Source of the DNA: Erysipelotrichaceae bacterium
GTDB taxonomy: Bacteria; Bacillota_I; Bacilli_A; RFN20; CAG-449
Reading direction: 5' to 3'
NCBI GenBank assembly: GCA_015059045.1
Contig: SVBD01000001.1
Location: forward strand, 135,876 to 199,875
DNA: 64,000 nt
Part shown: positions 23,046-33,003 of the stretch, piece after piece
Position numbering within the stretch: the first letter of the stretch is position 1
Layout: each line of letters starts with the position of its first letter
Made by a program: the position numbers and the translations under genes
The notes under the pieces: model-generated
The model's database searches: none
What the model was told of the DNA's origin: nothing
What the model saw: only the letters and a program-made list of their open reading frames with translations

Positions 23046-24482
23046 TTATTCTCCTTTCTTAACATAACCATAATTTGGCATATCGAATTTTTCTTCTTTA
23101 AGAACTCTTTCCATTGGATCTGTTCTTTTTAATGAGTAGAAACAGTTACTAGCATCAGCCTTAACACTACCTAGAATAACCATAATGTAATCTTCAACAT
23201 CTTTAATGTTAATATCTTTAACATTGATTTCTTTTTGATCTTTAAATGCGTTATCCATGAAATCTAAAATTCTTTCATCGCTATATTGGTCCATTATATT
23301 AAGTAAAGATTGCATTAAACCTTCATTGACTTCATGATTGAAATCATCAAGAGCCATAGCTTCCGAATCGAATCTATTATTTCTACGATATGGCTTTTGT
23401 AAACTATACTCATCCATATATCCTTGTTGATATAGAATAATTGAATTATTCACATCTTTAATAATACCTTGATATAAATGAGCATCTTCATCGCCATTAA
23501 TAACTTTAGCAAGCGCTAAGAAGATAGTTTCAAGTTTACCTTTAATAGATTTATCCTGGTTATTTAAATAAATAACTTTTTCTGTTGTAGCTTGGGTATA
23601 TTCTGATTGAGCTTTATCAATTTCTTCCATATCACTAGCAAGTTGAACATAAGTATCAGAAATATAGTTAACTTTTTTAATAATATCATTAATTGCTTCA
23701 TCACGATTTTTTAAAGAATGATTGAACATTAATGCTTGGTCAACTAATTTTTCTCTTACAACTTCACTATTTAACCATTTTTTTAAAATATGATTTATTG
23801 GTCCATTGTATAAAATAATAGAATCATTAGTTTTTAATGGGTGGTAGATTGGATCTACTACGTCTTCTCGAGCAATATCGAAGTGTTGAGTTAATACTTC
23901 ATTTGGTGAGAAGATATTTGCTAATTGTTTATGGAAAACTCTAATTGAGTGATTTAATTTTGATACTTCAAGTTCTAAATCTTTAGTTTTATTGACAGCA
24001 TTAACTAAACTACGATACATAAAATCATCTTGAGTTTCATCTGCATATTGTAAGTCTGCAAAAGTTGAATGAACGTATGAAATATATTTCGCTTCATTAT
24101 CAGAAACAAATTCATAAATAATTTTTAGCATTGAAATTGAATAACTTGGCAAAAGAATATATTCAGCACCAGTTTTAATATCAGTATCAATCATAATCCA
24201 ACCTGTATCAACAAGTCTTCTTACAACTAAATTTGCCTTAGCGCCTAAAGTAGGTTCGCTTAATAAAGTCATATCATCAAAATCATCTACTTCTATTTGA
24301 AATAAATTGATTTCTTTTTCGCCTCGACTTTTTAGTAATGTTAAATAATCTTGCTTTCTAATCTTATTACGATATATGGTTAAGCAATCATATAAAGTCA
24401 CTAAAGCAATACCATAAATATTTTTATTTCTACTTGATAAAATACTAAAGAAATTATCAGGAATCTTTGTAAATAAGTTCAA
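23046..24482 (-). CDS. MksF/JetA-like (DUF3375-like) kleisin candidate
   Basis: 478 aa; size and position (first gene, 2-nt gap to next) match MksF/JetA. Confidence 0.45.
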   Translation of the reverse strand: MNLFTKIPDNFFSILSSRNKNIYGIALVTLYDCLTIYRNKIRKQDYLTLLKSRGEKEINLFQIEVDDFDDMTLLSEPTLGAKANLVVRRLVDTGWIMIDTDIKTGAEYILLPSYSISMLKIIYEFVSDNEAKYISYVHSTFADLQYADETQDDFMYRSLVNAVNKTKDLELEVSKLNHSIRVFHKQLANIFSPNEVLTQHFDIAREDVVDPIYHPLKTNDSIILYNGPINHILKKWLNSEVVREKLVDQALMFNHSLKNRDEAINDIIKKVNYISDTYVQLASDMEEIDKAQSEYTQATTEKVIYLNNQDKSIKGKLETIFLALAKVINGDEDAHLYQGIIKDVNNSIILYQQGYMDEYSLQKPYRRNNRFDSEAMALDDFNHEVNEGLMQSLLNIMDQYSDERILDFMDNAFKDQKEINVKDINIKDVEDYIMVILGSVKADASNCFYSLKRTDPMERVLKEEKFDMPNYGYVKKGE

Positions 24483-24563
24483 AGTATGCCTCCTTTTAGT
24501 TAATAAATCCTTAGCAATTATTATTTTAAATAATAAAAACGCATAATTAACTAATTTTAATTA

Positions 24564-24594
24564 TAAAAAAAGTGTGTTTGCAATGCAACACACT
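24564..24594 (-). terminator. Rho-independent terminator downstream of plsC
   Basis: GTGTGTT(T)GCA...TGCAACACAC hairpin plus a T7 run on the minus strand. Confidence 0.55.
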
Positions 24595-24613
24595 TGTTAA
24601 AATAAAAAATTTT

Positions 24614-25345
24614 TTAAGCATTTTCTAATTCAATTAATTCATTTAATCTATTTTGAACTTTATCATGAATTAAACTAGCAACTTCACTTGTCGTCATATT
24701 TTGATATATTTCTTTAGTAATTGGAGGAAGTATTGAAACTCTAACGCGATATTTTTTCATTTTGCATTTATTATCAAACACATTTTTTGTTCCATAAATT
24801 GCAACCGGATAAATTTTCTTTCCTAAATCCATTGTGTATTTGAATGCGCCTGGTTTAAAATCATTTAAACTCAGATCAGAATTTTTAGTTCTTGTTCCTT
24901 CTGGGAAAACAATATATTTAACATTTTTATCGGTCATATCTTTTTGTATTGATTTCATTATTTTAATTTCTTGACGCAAATTATCTCTTTCAAGATATTT
25001 TCCATCAATCATATTAACAATACTATTAACTGCGGGAATTTTCTTAACTTCTTTTTTACAAACAAATGATAATGGATCATTAAACACATGGAAGAAGATA
25101 AAAGGGTCAATTAAAGCTTGATGATTAGGTGTTAACAAATAAGATTGCTCTACAGATAAATATTCTTTGCCATCAACAACATATTCAATACCTATAAGTG
25201 AAGATACTTTTTCGAGCAAGTTTTTTACTTTTCGATAGACTTTAATTCTAGATTTTTTCTTGAATGTTACACCATAGATAAAAATCCAAAACAAAGAAAC
25301 AAAAACATATGGAATTCCTTTTAAAACAATTTTAATAATTTTCAT
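24614..25345 (-). CDS. plsC: 1-acyl-sn-glycerol-3-phosphate acyltransferase
   Basis: 243 aa; HX4D motif (NHQALID) and FPEGTR motif. Confidence 0.8.
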   Translation of the reverse strand: MKIIKIVLKGIPYVFVSLFWIFIYGVTFKKKSRIKVYRKVKNLLEKVSSLIGIEYVVDGKEYLSVEQSYLLTPNHQALIDPFIFFHVFNDPLSFVCKKEVKKIPAVNSIVNMIDGKYLERDNLRQEIKIMKSIQKDMTDKNVKYIVFPEGTRTKNSDLSLNDFKPGAFKYTMDLGKKIYPVAIYGTKNVFDNKCKMKKYRVRVSILPPITKEIYQNMTTSEVASLIHDKVQNRLNELIELENA

Positions 25346-25620
25346 ATTTGCTCCTTTCCTAAATACGATAAACTTTCACATACTACAACGAATTTACCAT
25401 TATAATATTCAAGTCGCCCTTTAATTAGTAACAAACTACCTTCACTAAAAGTGAAAAGTTCCCCTTTATTGAGTTTATTCCAATTCATAACTGGAATCAA
25501 ATCTTTTTTTATCTTACCGTCATTTTGATGATAATCTTGGCAAATTTCTACATAACGTATATTTTGTAAAAACTCATCATCTTTAATAATTTTTCCCATA
25601 AAAACTGCAACATTTATCAT
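25342..25620 (-). CDS. Hypothetical small protein (possible OB-fold), translationally coupled to plsC
   Basis: 92 aa; 4-nt overlap with plsC. Confidence 0.35.
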   Translation of the reverse strand: MINVAVFMGKIIKDDEFLQNIRYVEICQDYHQNDGKIKKDLIPVMNWNKLNKGELFTFSEGSLLLIKGRLEYYNGKFVVVCESLSYLGKEQI

Positions 25621-25701
25621 ATAATTTCACCCATTAAAATTATAAAATAAATGTAGTTTTTTTTGGTGTTCTATTTTTTCTCAAATTTTATTAAATTAGT
25701 C

Positions 25702-27861
25702 TTATTCCTTAACACAAATAACAAGCGATAAAGGATTTACAACTAAGTGTTGCGAATATAAACTTGAAGTGATTTTACCACTTTCATTAAATAAAATCTT
25801 ATAATAATCACTTAAATCGACTGAAAATGATTCTTTCTTAGGATTAATAAAGATTAATACATCACTATAAGGTGCAATTACATCTTTATTTGAATATCTA
25901 ATCTTTAGAATACCAGAATAGTCATTATTAAATTCAATTGATTGTTCAATTACTTTTCTGTCATTAAGTTTTAAGAATGGTAAAGATTTTCTCATATCAA
26001 CTAAATCTCTAAAGAAATTATACATGTCCTTTCTTTCATCTAATGTATTCCATCTAAATTGATTAACTAAGTCACTTGAACGATATGAATTACCTTCACC
26101 AAATTTAGTCAAACCAATTTCTTGTCCCATATGGAAGAATGGAACACCAATTGAAAACATTACTGCAGCATTAATTAATTTAATACGTCTTAAAATAGTT
26201 TTCTCATCTTCAAGAGGACAACAAGCTTTTAACTTATCATATATCGTGTTATTATCGTGACATTCAACATAGTTAATTGATTGAGATGGTGTTTTAAATA
26301 GAGGTGGATGAGCAATTGGTAAAACAGAACCACTAATTACGTGTTTAAATCCATCTATATAGTTTTTATCACCACTTAAATAACCGCAAACATGTAATTC
26401 ATCATGACCAGTTTTTCCCTTTGTAATATCTCTAAAACGATCATTAAAGAAACCGATATTAGGCATTAGAGAAGCATTATTCATAGACGAACGTTGATTT
26501 TGTGGCATAACCGTAGGCATATCCCATCCTTCACCATAAATAATAATATCTGGTTTAATTTTCTTACATTCAGCATAAACAGCATTAATTGTATCAATAT
26601 CAATTAACCCCATTAAATCAAATCTAAATCCATCAATACCATATTCTTTAACCCAATATATGCATGAATCAATAATATACTTTCTAGCCATTAAATGACG
26701 TGATTCGAATTCATTACCACAGAATGATCCATCTGACTTAGTTCCATCAGCATTAAATTTGAAATAATAATTTGGACATGCTCTTTCAAAGCAAGATGTT
26801 TCCATATTAAATACGTGATTGTAAACAACATCCATTACAACACGAATATTATTTGCGTGTAATTTACTAATAACTTTCTTTAATTCAATAATACGTGATA
26901 AAGGATCTTTAGGATCAGTTGAGAATGATCCTTCTGGAGTATTATAGTTCATTGGATCATAACCCCAGTTATAAGTGTCTTCAGGATGTAAATCATTTGT
27001 TGTTTGGAAGTCATAAATAGGAAGTAATTGAACGTGAGTAACACCTAATGATTTTAAGTAATCAAATCCAATTGGATTACCTTCTTTTGTCTTATGTCCT
27101 TCTTCGATAAATCCTAAATATTTGCCTTTATTAACGATATTTGTATTTAAATCAGAAGTCAAATCTCTAATTGAAAGCTCGTAGATAATCGCATCATTTA
27201 TTGTTCCAAAAGGTTTTAATTTATCTTCATTTAAATCTACCGAAACTTCTTTAGGATTAATAATTACAGCAGATTTAGATAGAACAGTAACTGCCTTTGC
27301 ATATGGATCTAATACATCACGAACTTGATTATTTATTTTCAATAAATAAGAGTAACGGCAATTAGCGTGATCTCCTTTTGCATAACCTTCTAAAATACCA
27401 GTTTTATCATTTTTAGTTAACGAAATTGAAATATGTTCATTTTTGTCTAAACTATCTAATTTTACTACACCACTAGAAGCAAGAGGTGAGAAAATTCTAA
27501 ATGTTGTACCTTTCTTAGAATATATTGCGCCCATTTCTTGATCACTATACATTCTATCTATAAATTTGTCCATTCTTAAAAGACAAGAACAATCCAAATC
27601 AATTACAATATTTCTTTCATCAAAGATAACATAATTTCTTCCAAGTTTTAATTCGTAAGGATTATTTAAAATATAAATAAATTTTTTACCAGAAACACTA
27701 GTAGATTCAATTTTCAATTCTCCCAAAAGTTCGCTATCATCGTATAAAAAGAATTTTTGACATCCTTGTGAGTTATAACTTTTTTCTACAACGACATCAA
27801 TACGTGTTTCATCAATTAAAGTTGCTTTGAATATTTTATTTAAATACATACGTTTCTCCAT
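25702..27861 (-). CDS. Type I pullulanase / glycogen debranching enzyme (GH13)
   Basis: 719 aa; YNWGYDP signature; GFRFDLMG and YNHV regions. Confidence 0.85.
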   Translation of the reverse strand: MEKRMYLNKIFKATLIDETRIDVVVEKSYNSQGCQKFFLYDDSELLGELKIESTSVSGKKFIYILNNPYELKLGRNYVIFDERNIVIDLDCSCLLRMDKFIDRMYSDQEMGAIYSKKGTTFRIFSPLASSGVVKLDSLDKNEHISISLTKNDKTGILEGYAKGDHANCRYSYLLKINNQVRDVLDPYAKAVTVLSKSAVIINPKEVSVDLNEDKLKPFGTINDAIIYELSIRDLTSDLNTNIVNKGKYLGFIEEGHKTKEGNPIGFDYLKSLGVTHVQLLPIYDFQTTNDLHPEDTYNWGYDPMNYNTPEGSFSTDPKDPLSRIIELKKVISKLHANNIRVVMDVVYNHVFNMETSCFERACPNYYFKFNADGTKSDGSFCGNEFESRHLMARKYIIDSCIYWVKEYGIDGFRFDLMGLIDIDTINAVYAECKKIKPDIIIYGEGWDMPTVMPQNQRSSMNNASLMPNIGFFNDRFRDITKGKTGHDELHVCGYLSGDKNYIDGFKHVISGSVLPIAHPPLFKTPSQSINYVECHDNNTIYDKLKACCPLEDEKTILRRIKLINAAVMFSIGVPFFHMGQEIGLTKFGEGNSYRSSDLVNQFRWNTLDERKDMYNFFRDLVDMRKSLPFLKLNDRKVIEQSIEFNNDYSGILKIRYSNKDVIAPYSDVLIFINPKKESFSVDLSDYYKILFNESGKITSSLYSQHLVVNPLSLVICVKE

Positions 27862-27926
27862 CCAATCTATAACATTTAACTTTTTCTAAAACTCTAAATA
27901 GTCATTTTTTTAACAAATCATCTTTT

Positions 27927-30476
27927 TTAATTTTCTTTATTTTTGTTAGCTTCATACTCCTCTAAAGTCATCACAACTATTCTTCTATTGCCGTTTGGAG
28001 CTCTTTTAATAACTCCTTCATCTTGCAAACAATTTAGAATATGATCTGCTCTACCATAACCAATGCCAAATCTAGAACATAAATTACTGGTTGATGCTAT
28101 TCTTGTTGTAATAACGTGTAATTTAACTTGTTCATGTAATACATCTTTTTCTCTTCTGTTAACATATTCACCAGTAACACCTAAATCATCACTATCAATT
28201 AGATTTGTAAAGTTCTCATCATAATCTACATCATGTTGAGAACGAATGAAATCGCAAATATTAATAATTTCTATATTTGAAATATTTGCCCCTTGAACAC
28301 GAACTAATGAATTATGGCGAGGTATTCTACAAAGCATATCACCATATCCAAGTAGCGATTCTGCACCACCTTCATCTAAAATTGTTCTAGAGTCGTTTAC
28401 TTGAGGAACATATAATCCAATTCTAGAAGGAACAACAGCTTTAATATCACCAGTAATAACATTTACTGATGGTCTTTGTGTACAAATAATTAAGTATATA
28501 CCACAAGCTCTTGCTTTTTGAGCAAGTCTTTTTACAAGTGGTTCAATTTCTTTACCATGTTCACTCATAAAATCACTAAATTCATCACAAATCATGACAA
28601 TATTAGGTAATTTTTCATATCCTAATGAATCGGCAAGTTCATTATATTCAGAAATTTTTGAACTTCCTTTTCCATTAGTAAGGAATAGATTATATCTTCT
28701 TTCCATTTCATCAACTAATCGTTTTAAAGCGTTTTTACCTTCTATTGCTTCAGTGATAACTGGACACAATAAATGTGGAAGATTATTGTATTTACTAAAT
28801 TCAATTTTCTTAGGATCAATTAACATTAATTTTAATTCATCAGGTCGATTTCTCATCAATAATGTAGTAATAATACTATTTATAAAAACGGATTTTCCTG
28901 ATCCAGTAGTACCTGCAACTAATAAGTGAGGTAATTCATCTAATGAAACAGAAACGACATTACCTTCAATACCTTTTCCTAAAGGAACTAACAAACGATC
29001 TTTTATAGATGTTTTATTTGCAATTGATTGAATACATTCTTTAAATGATACACTAGCAGCTTTTGCATTACCAATTTCAATTGAAGAAGTATCTCTTCCT
29101 TCAACAACCAATTCTAAACGAACTGTTTTATTTCCACCCAAGTAAATAGCAATTTCATTTTGAATAGAAGAAAGAACATTTACCTTAACGCCTGGATTCA
29201 TTTTAATATTAAATCTAGTACAAGAAGGCCCAATTGTATAAGATATAGCGCTTGCACCAATTTTAAACTCTCTAAATAAATCATTGATTTTATTTAAACG
29301 ACTTTCTGCAACTATTCTATTTTCTGTCGATACATCATCGTTTTGAGGATTTTTTAACAACGATAACGAAGGAAGAACATATGTTGAATATTTTGGTGGC
29401 TCTTCTTCATGTTCACCTTTTTTATTAATATAACTTACATTTTCTATATGAGAAGTTTTGTTTTCATAATCTTTAAAATATGAAGATTCAATTTTTTCTT
29501 CTATTATTTGTTCTTGTTTTGGCGAGATAATTTTAGATTCAATAGGCTCTATATTTTCATCAAATGGTTCAAATTTAGCCACAGGTTTAATCGCAATATC
29601 AATCGTATCTGATTTATATGATTCATTTGGCTCGCTTAAAGTTTTATTTTCAAAATCATCAACAAATAATTCCATTGGAGTTGAATCTTTTTCTACTTCA
29701 ATAGTATTATCAATTGGTTTTTCTTCACTCATTTCTTTTTCAATAATTTCTTTTTTATTCTCAATTAAAGGAGTATTATTTATTTCTTTATTTTCAATAG
29801 TTTTAGATTCATTATTATCCTCAAGTTTCTTTTCTTCAGTTACATTACGAGTTACTTTTTTTTCTTTCTTTTCTCTTCTAGCTAATTTAGCTTTTAAGCG
29901 TTTAAAATATTTTACAAAATAAACAACAAAATCTTTAATAAACACACTTAATCCAACAAATGCAAAAACACCAATTGTAATTGATGTGCCGACACTTGTA
30001 AAACAAGTGTTTAAGAAGCCTCTTAACATATAACCAACAAATCCACCACCAGTATAAGAAATAGCTTCAAAACTATCTATTTTAAATAATGAAATACCTG
30101 GAGTTGCATTTAAAACATTTACATAAGTATTTGAAAAATTACTAATTGTTAACTCAATATTTGTACTTGATGCACCAATTAAGAAACTAAATAAAATTAA
30201 AATAGAAGCCAATAGATATAGATTTATTTTCATGACAAAAATCTTCTTTGTAACAATCAAATACAAAGAAAAGAAAAATAAAAATGCATAAACTAAAAAA
30301 TAAAAATTACCAAATAAGAAAACCATACAGTATTGTAGAAATTGTCCTACTGGTCCTTTTCCAAGTAATCCAATTAACGACAATAATAATATCATTACAC
30401 CTATTAGTGTTGCTTCTACATCGTTTGATAATAGTTTTTCATTCGAACTCTTTGGAACTTTCATTTTACTTTTCAT
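27927..30476 (-). CDS. ftsK: DNA translocase FtsK/SpoIIIE
   Basis: 849 aa; N-terminal TM helices, KE-rich linker, Walker A GTTGSGKSV, C-terminal gamma domain. Confidence 0.9.
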   Translation of the reverse strand: MKSKMKVPKSSNEKLLSNDVEATLIGVMILLLSLIGLLGKGPVGQFLQYCMVFLFGNFYFLVYAFLFFFSLYLIVTKKIFVMKINLYLLASILILFSFLIGASSTNIELTISNFSNTYVNVLNATPGISLFKIDSFEAISYTGGGFVGYMLRGFLNTCFTSVGTSITIGVFAFVGLSVFIKDFVVYFVKYFKRLKAKLARREKKEKKVTRNVTEEKKLEDNNESKTIENKEINNTPLIENKKEIIEKEMSEEKPIDNTIEVEKDSTPMELFVDDFENKTLSEPNESYKSDTIDIAIKPVAKFEPFDENIEPIESKIISPKQEQIIEEKIESSYFKDYENKTSHIENVSYINKKGEHEEEPPKYSTYVLPSLSLLKNPQNDDVSTENRIVAESRLNKINDLFREFKIGASAISYTIGPSCTRFNIKMNPGVKVNVLSSIQNEIAIYLGGNKTVRLELVVEGRDTSSIEIGNAKAASVSFKECIQSIANKTSIKDRLLVPLGKGIEGNVVSVSLDELPHLLVAGTTGSGKSVFINSIITTLLMRNRPDELKLMLIDPKKIEFSKYNNLPHLLCPVITEAIEGKNALKRLVDEMERRYNLFLTNGKGSSKISEYNELADSLGYEKLPNIVMICDEFSDFMSEHGKEIEPLVKRLAQKARACGIYLIICTQRPSVNVITGDIKAVVPSRIGLYVPQVNDSRTILDEGGAESLLGYGDMLCRIPRHNSLVRVQGANISNIEIINICDFIRSQHDVDYDENFTNLIDSDDLGVTGEYVNRREKDVLHEQVKLHVITTRIASTSNLCSRFGIGYGRADHILNCLQDEGVIKRAPNGNRRIVVMTLEEYEANKNKEN

Positions 30477-30550
30477 AACAAAACCTCTTTTACTATTCTA
30501 GCATACTTTATTTTTATAAAAAATAACAAAATGAAAAAAACTAGCCGAAG

Positions 30551-30781
30551 CTAGTATTTTTTCGAATCCTTCTCTGTGAATGTTTTGATTTGTTTAGGAT
30601 AATTGAAACTCAATAGGATGAAACATATCATATTGAAGGATAGGATGGAGGTAGATACAATAATAATTTCATTAAGATATAAGATATTATCCATGAAGAA
30701 TAATGTCACAAATACTGTTGTTGCAACAATTGTTAACCATAGGTCCAACATCAATAAACCTTTTGCAATTTTCTTTTTCAT
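30551..30781 (-). CDS. Small membrane protein
   Basis: 76 aa, 2 TM. Confidence 0.35.
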   Translation of the reverse strand: MKKKIAKGLLMLDLWLTIVATTVFVTLFFMDNILYLNEIIIVSTSILSFNMICFILLSFNYPKQIKTFTEKDSKKY

Positions 30782-30785
30782 AACA

Positions 30786-30998
30786 TTATTTCCTTTCTAA
30801 TTGGATATCTGAATCATTATTTTCATTTTCCATAACAGTAATATCATGGACTAATGATTTGTTAACATTAGATAAAGAACTAGCAACAGGTACAGCGACA
30901 CTCAATGTGATGACCATTAAAAATAAGCCAAAAATACCTAATTTTCTAGCTCTGTAATCAAATTTTGTTTTATTTGCTTTTACTAACTTATTTTTCAT
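30786..30998 (-). CDS. ftsL: FtsL-like cell division protein
   Basis: 70 aa, single TM; directly downstream of rsmH as in dcw clusters. Confidence 0.5.
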   Translation of the reverse strand: MKNKLVKANKTKFDYRARKLGIFGLFLMVITLSVAVPVASSLSNVNKSLVHDITVMENENNDSDIQLERK

Positions 30999-31002
30999 AT
31001 TG

Positions 31003-31929
31003 CTATTTCCTTTCTAAAATTCTTAATTTCGCGCTTTTTGCACGATTATTTTTCTCTAATTCTTCATCAGTCGCTATGATTACTTTTCTGTTTACTAATG
31101 AATAATCTAATTCAATTTGTTGAACAGGTAATCTTCTTGAAGATTGAACTTCTTTTGCAAGGGAGTTAAAGAAGTCTTTTACAATTCTGTCCTCTAATGA
31201 GTTGAATGTGATAACACACATTCTTCCTTTACTTTTTAGTAAAGATACAGTACTTTTCAAAGCCTCTTTTAGAACATTTAATTCATCATTAACTTCTATT
31301 CTAATAGCTTGGAAAGTTTGTTTTGCAGGATGGCCTACTTTGCTTAATACCTTATTAGGTAAAGCTTTTTTTATAACGTCAACTAATTCAAATGTTGTTT
31401 CAATAGGTTTAATTTCTCTACTTTTTATAATTTCTTTAGCAATTTGGTAAGCAAATTTATCTTCACCATAATCTCTAATAATTTTTGTTAACTCTTGTAA
31501 AGAATAATTATTTACCACATCATAAGCTGATAACGTAGCTTGTTGATTCATCCTCATATCAAGTCTTGCATCGAATCTATATGAGAATCCGCGATCTTGC
31601 TCATCAAATTGAGCTGAGCTAACTCCTAAATCAAACATGATCCCATCGACTTTTTCAATTCCTAACTTATTTAACTCTTCTTTCATGTTTTTGAAATTGT
31701 TATTGATAAGTGTAAATTTATTTGAAATTTGTTCAAGTCTTGGTTTTGACTCATTAATCGCTTGAATATCTTGGTCGAAACAATATAAATGACCTGTTGT
31801 AAGTTTTTTTAAGACTTCACTGCTATGTCCACCACGTCCTAATGTTCCATCAACATATATTCCATCTGGTTTGACATTTAATCCTTCAATCGTTTCATCT
31901 AATAATACGGGAATGTGTTTATATTCCAT
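31003..31929 (-). CDS. rsmH: 16S rRNA (cytosine1402-N4)-methyltransferase RsmH (MraW)
   Basis: Start re-assigned to MEYKHIPVLL, the canonical RsmH N-terminus. The longer track ORF overlaps mraZ. Confidence 0.85.
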   Translation of the reverse strand: MEYKHIPVLLDETIEGLNVKPDGIYVDGTLGRGGHSSEVLKKLTTGHLYCFDQDIQAINESKPRLEQISNKFTLINNNFKNMKEELNKLGIEKVDGIMFDLGVSSAQFDEQDRGFSYRFDARLDMRMNQQATLSAYDVVNNYSLQELTKIIRDYGEDKFAYQIAKEIIKSREIKPIETTFELVDVIKKALPNKVLSKVGHPAKQTFQAIRIEVNDELNVLKEALKSTVSLLKSKGRMCVITFNSLEDRIVKDFFNSLAKEVQSSRRLPVQQIELDYSLVNRKVIIATDEELEKNNRAKSAKLRILERK

Positions 31930-31930
31930 A

Positions 31931-32416
31931 CTATTCACCGTATGAGATTTTCGAAGCATATGCTTCATAGTTGTCATCATTACGTTTTGACATTTCTTTA
32001 TGTTGTTCACGATCCCAAATTTCTACGTGATCATCAACACCAATAACAACAACATCTTTAGTAATTGAACATTTTTCGCAAAGTTCACTAGATAACTTAA
32101 TACGACCTTGTTTATCAATTTCACATTCATATGAATTTGAGAAGAATGTTCTCTTATATCCACGATTATCGCTTTGTAATGATGAAGCTTTAGACAAAGA
32201 AGAAGCAATTTGCATAAATGTTTCTTCCGGATAGATAGCTAAACATTTATCAAGCCCCAATGTAACATATACAATTGCACCTAACTTATCTCTAAGGCGT
32301 GAAGGCATAGTAACTCTGTTTTTTTCATCTAGGTTATGATTATATGTACCAATAAAAAACATAGTTTTGCCCCACTTTCCACCATTTGTACCCACATTAT
32401 AACCCTTTTGACCCAC
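31931..32416 (-). CDS. mraZ: Transcriptional regulator MraZ
   Basis: 161 aa; MFFIGTYNHNLDEKNRVTMPSRLR N-terminus. Confidence 0.9.
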   Translation of the reverse strand: MGQKGYNVGTNGGKWGKTMFFIGTYNHNLDEKNRVTMPSRLRDKLGAIVYVTLGLDKCLAIYPEETFMQIASSLSKASSLQSDNRGYKRTFFSNSYECEIDKQGRIKLSSELCEKCSITKDVVVIGVDDHVEIWDREQHKEMSKRNDDNYEAYASKISYGE

Positions 32417-32454
32417 ATTGTAAATATATTTATTACTTTTTTTTGATTTTTTTA

Positions 32455-32486
32455 CATAAAAAAAACGACTGCAGCATTTGCAGTCG
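32455..32486 (-). terminator. Rho-independent terminator
   Basis: CGACTGCAG...CTGCAGTCG hairpin followed by a T8 run on the minus strand. Confidence 0.6.
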
Positions 32487-32496
32487 CTTAATTAAT

Positions 32497-33003
32497 TTAA
32501 TCGAAATCTAAATCACTTAAAACATCAAATGGAGAAGGAGCTTTTTTCTTTCTTTTTTCATATTCATCTTCAGAAATAACTTCCCAAGAATCACCTTCAA
32601 ATGATTCAGGTTCGTTTTCTCCAATAATTTTAATTGGAATAGATGTAATTACGAGCGAAACAATTTCTTTATGTAAATCTATTTCATTATTATCTACGAC
32701 AATAATGGAGTCGTCTTCTAGTTCGTCATTTTGAGTGAATGTATAAGTAATTGTATCTTCTTCGCAAAATTTTAATGTAACAGGAATTAATGAACGAGTT
32801 GATCTAATTTCCATTTCACCTTTTACTTTTATTTTACAAATTGCTAAATCCATCCCTTCAATATATGAAGCATCCAAGTCAACTAAGCAACGATTTAATT
32901 TAATGAATCCCTCAACCTGATTTAAATCCTCATCTTTAACTTGAGTTTTAGAAGATAATTTAATAGATTTATTTGCAAGCAATTCTCTTTTAGTAATAAT
33001 CAT
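32497..33003 (-). CDS. YceD/DUF177 family protein
   Basis: 168 aa acidic protein, size and overall composition consistent with YceD/DUF177. Confidence 0.5.
   Translation of the reverse strand: MIITKRELLANKSIKLSSKTQVKDEDLNQVEGFIKLNRCLVDLDASYIEGMDLAICKIKVKGEMEIRSTRSLIPVTLKFCEEDTITYTFTQNDELEDDSIIVVDNNEIDLHKEIVSLVITSIPIKIIGENEPESFEGDSWEVISEDEYEKRKKKAPSPFDVLSDLDFD

Noticed and set aside
31930-32010. Track rsmH ORF extending 80 nt into mraZ
   Set aside because: The canonical RsmH N-terminus (MEYKHIPVLL) begins at 31929, immediately after the mraZ stop, so the longer ORF is an upstream in-frame extension.
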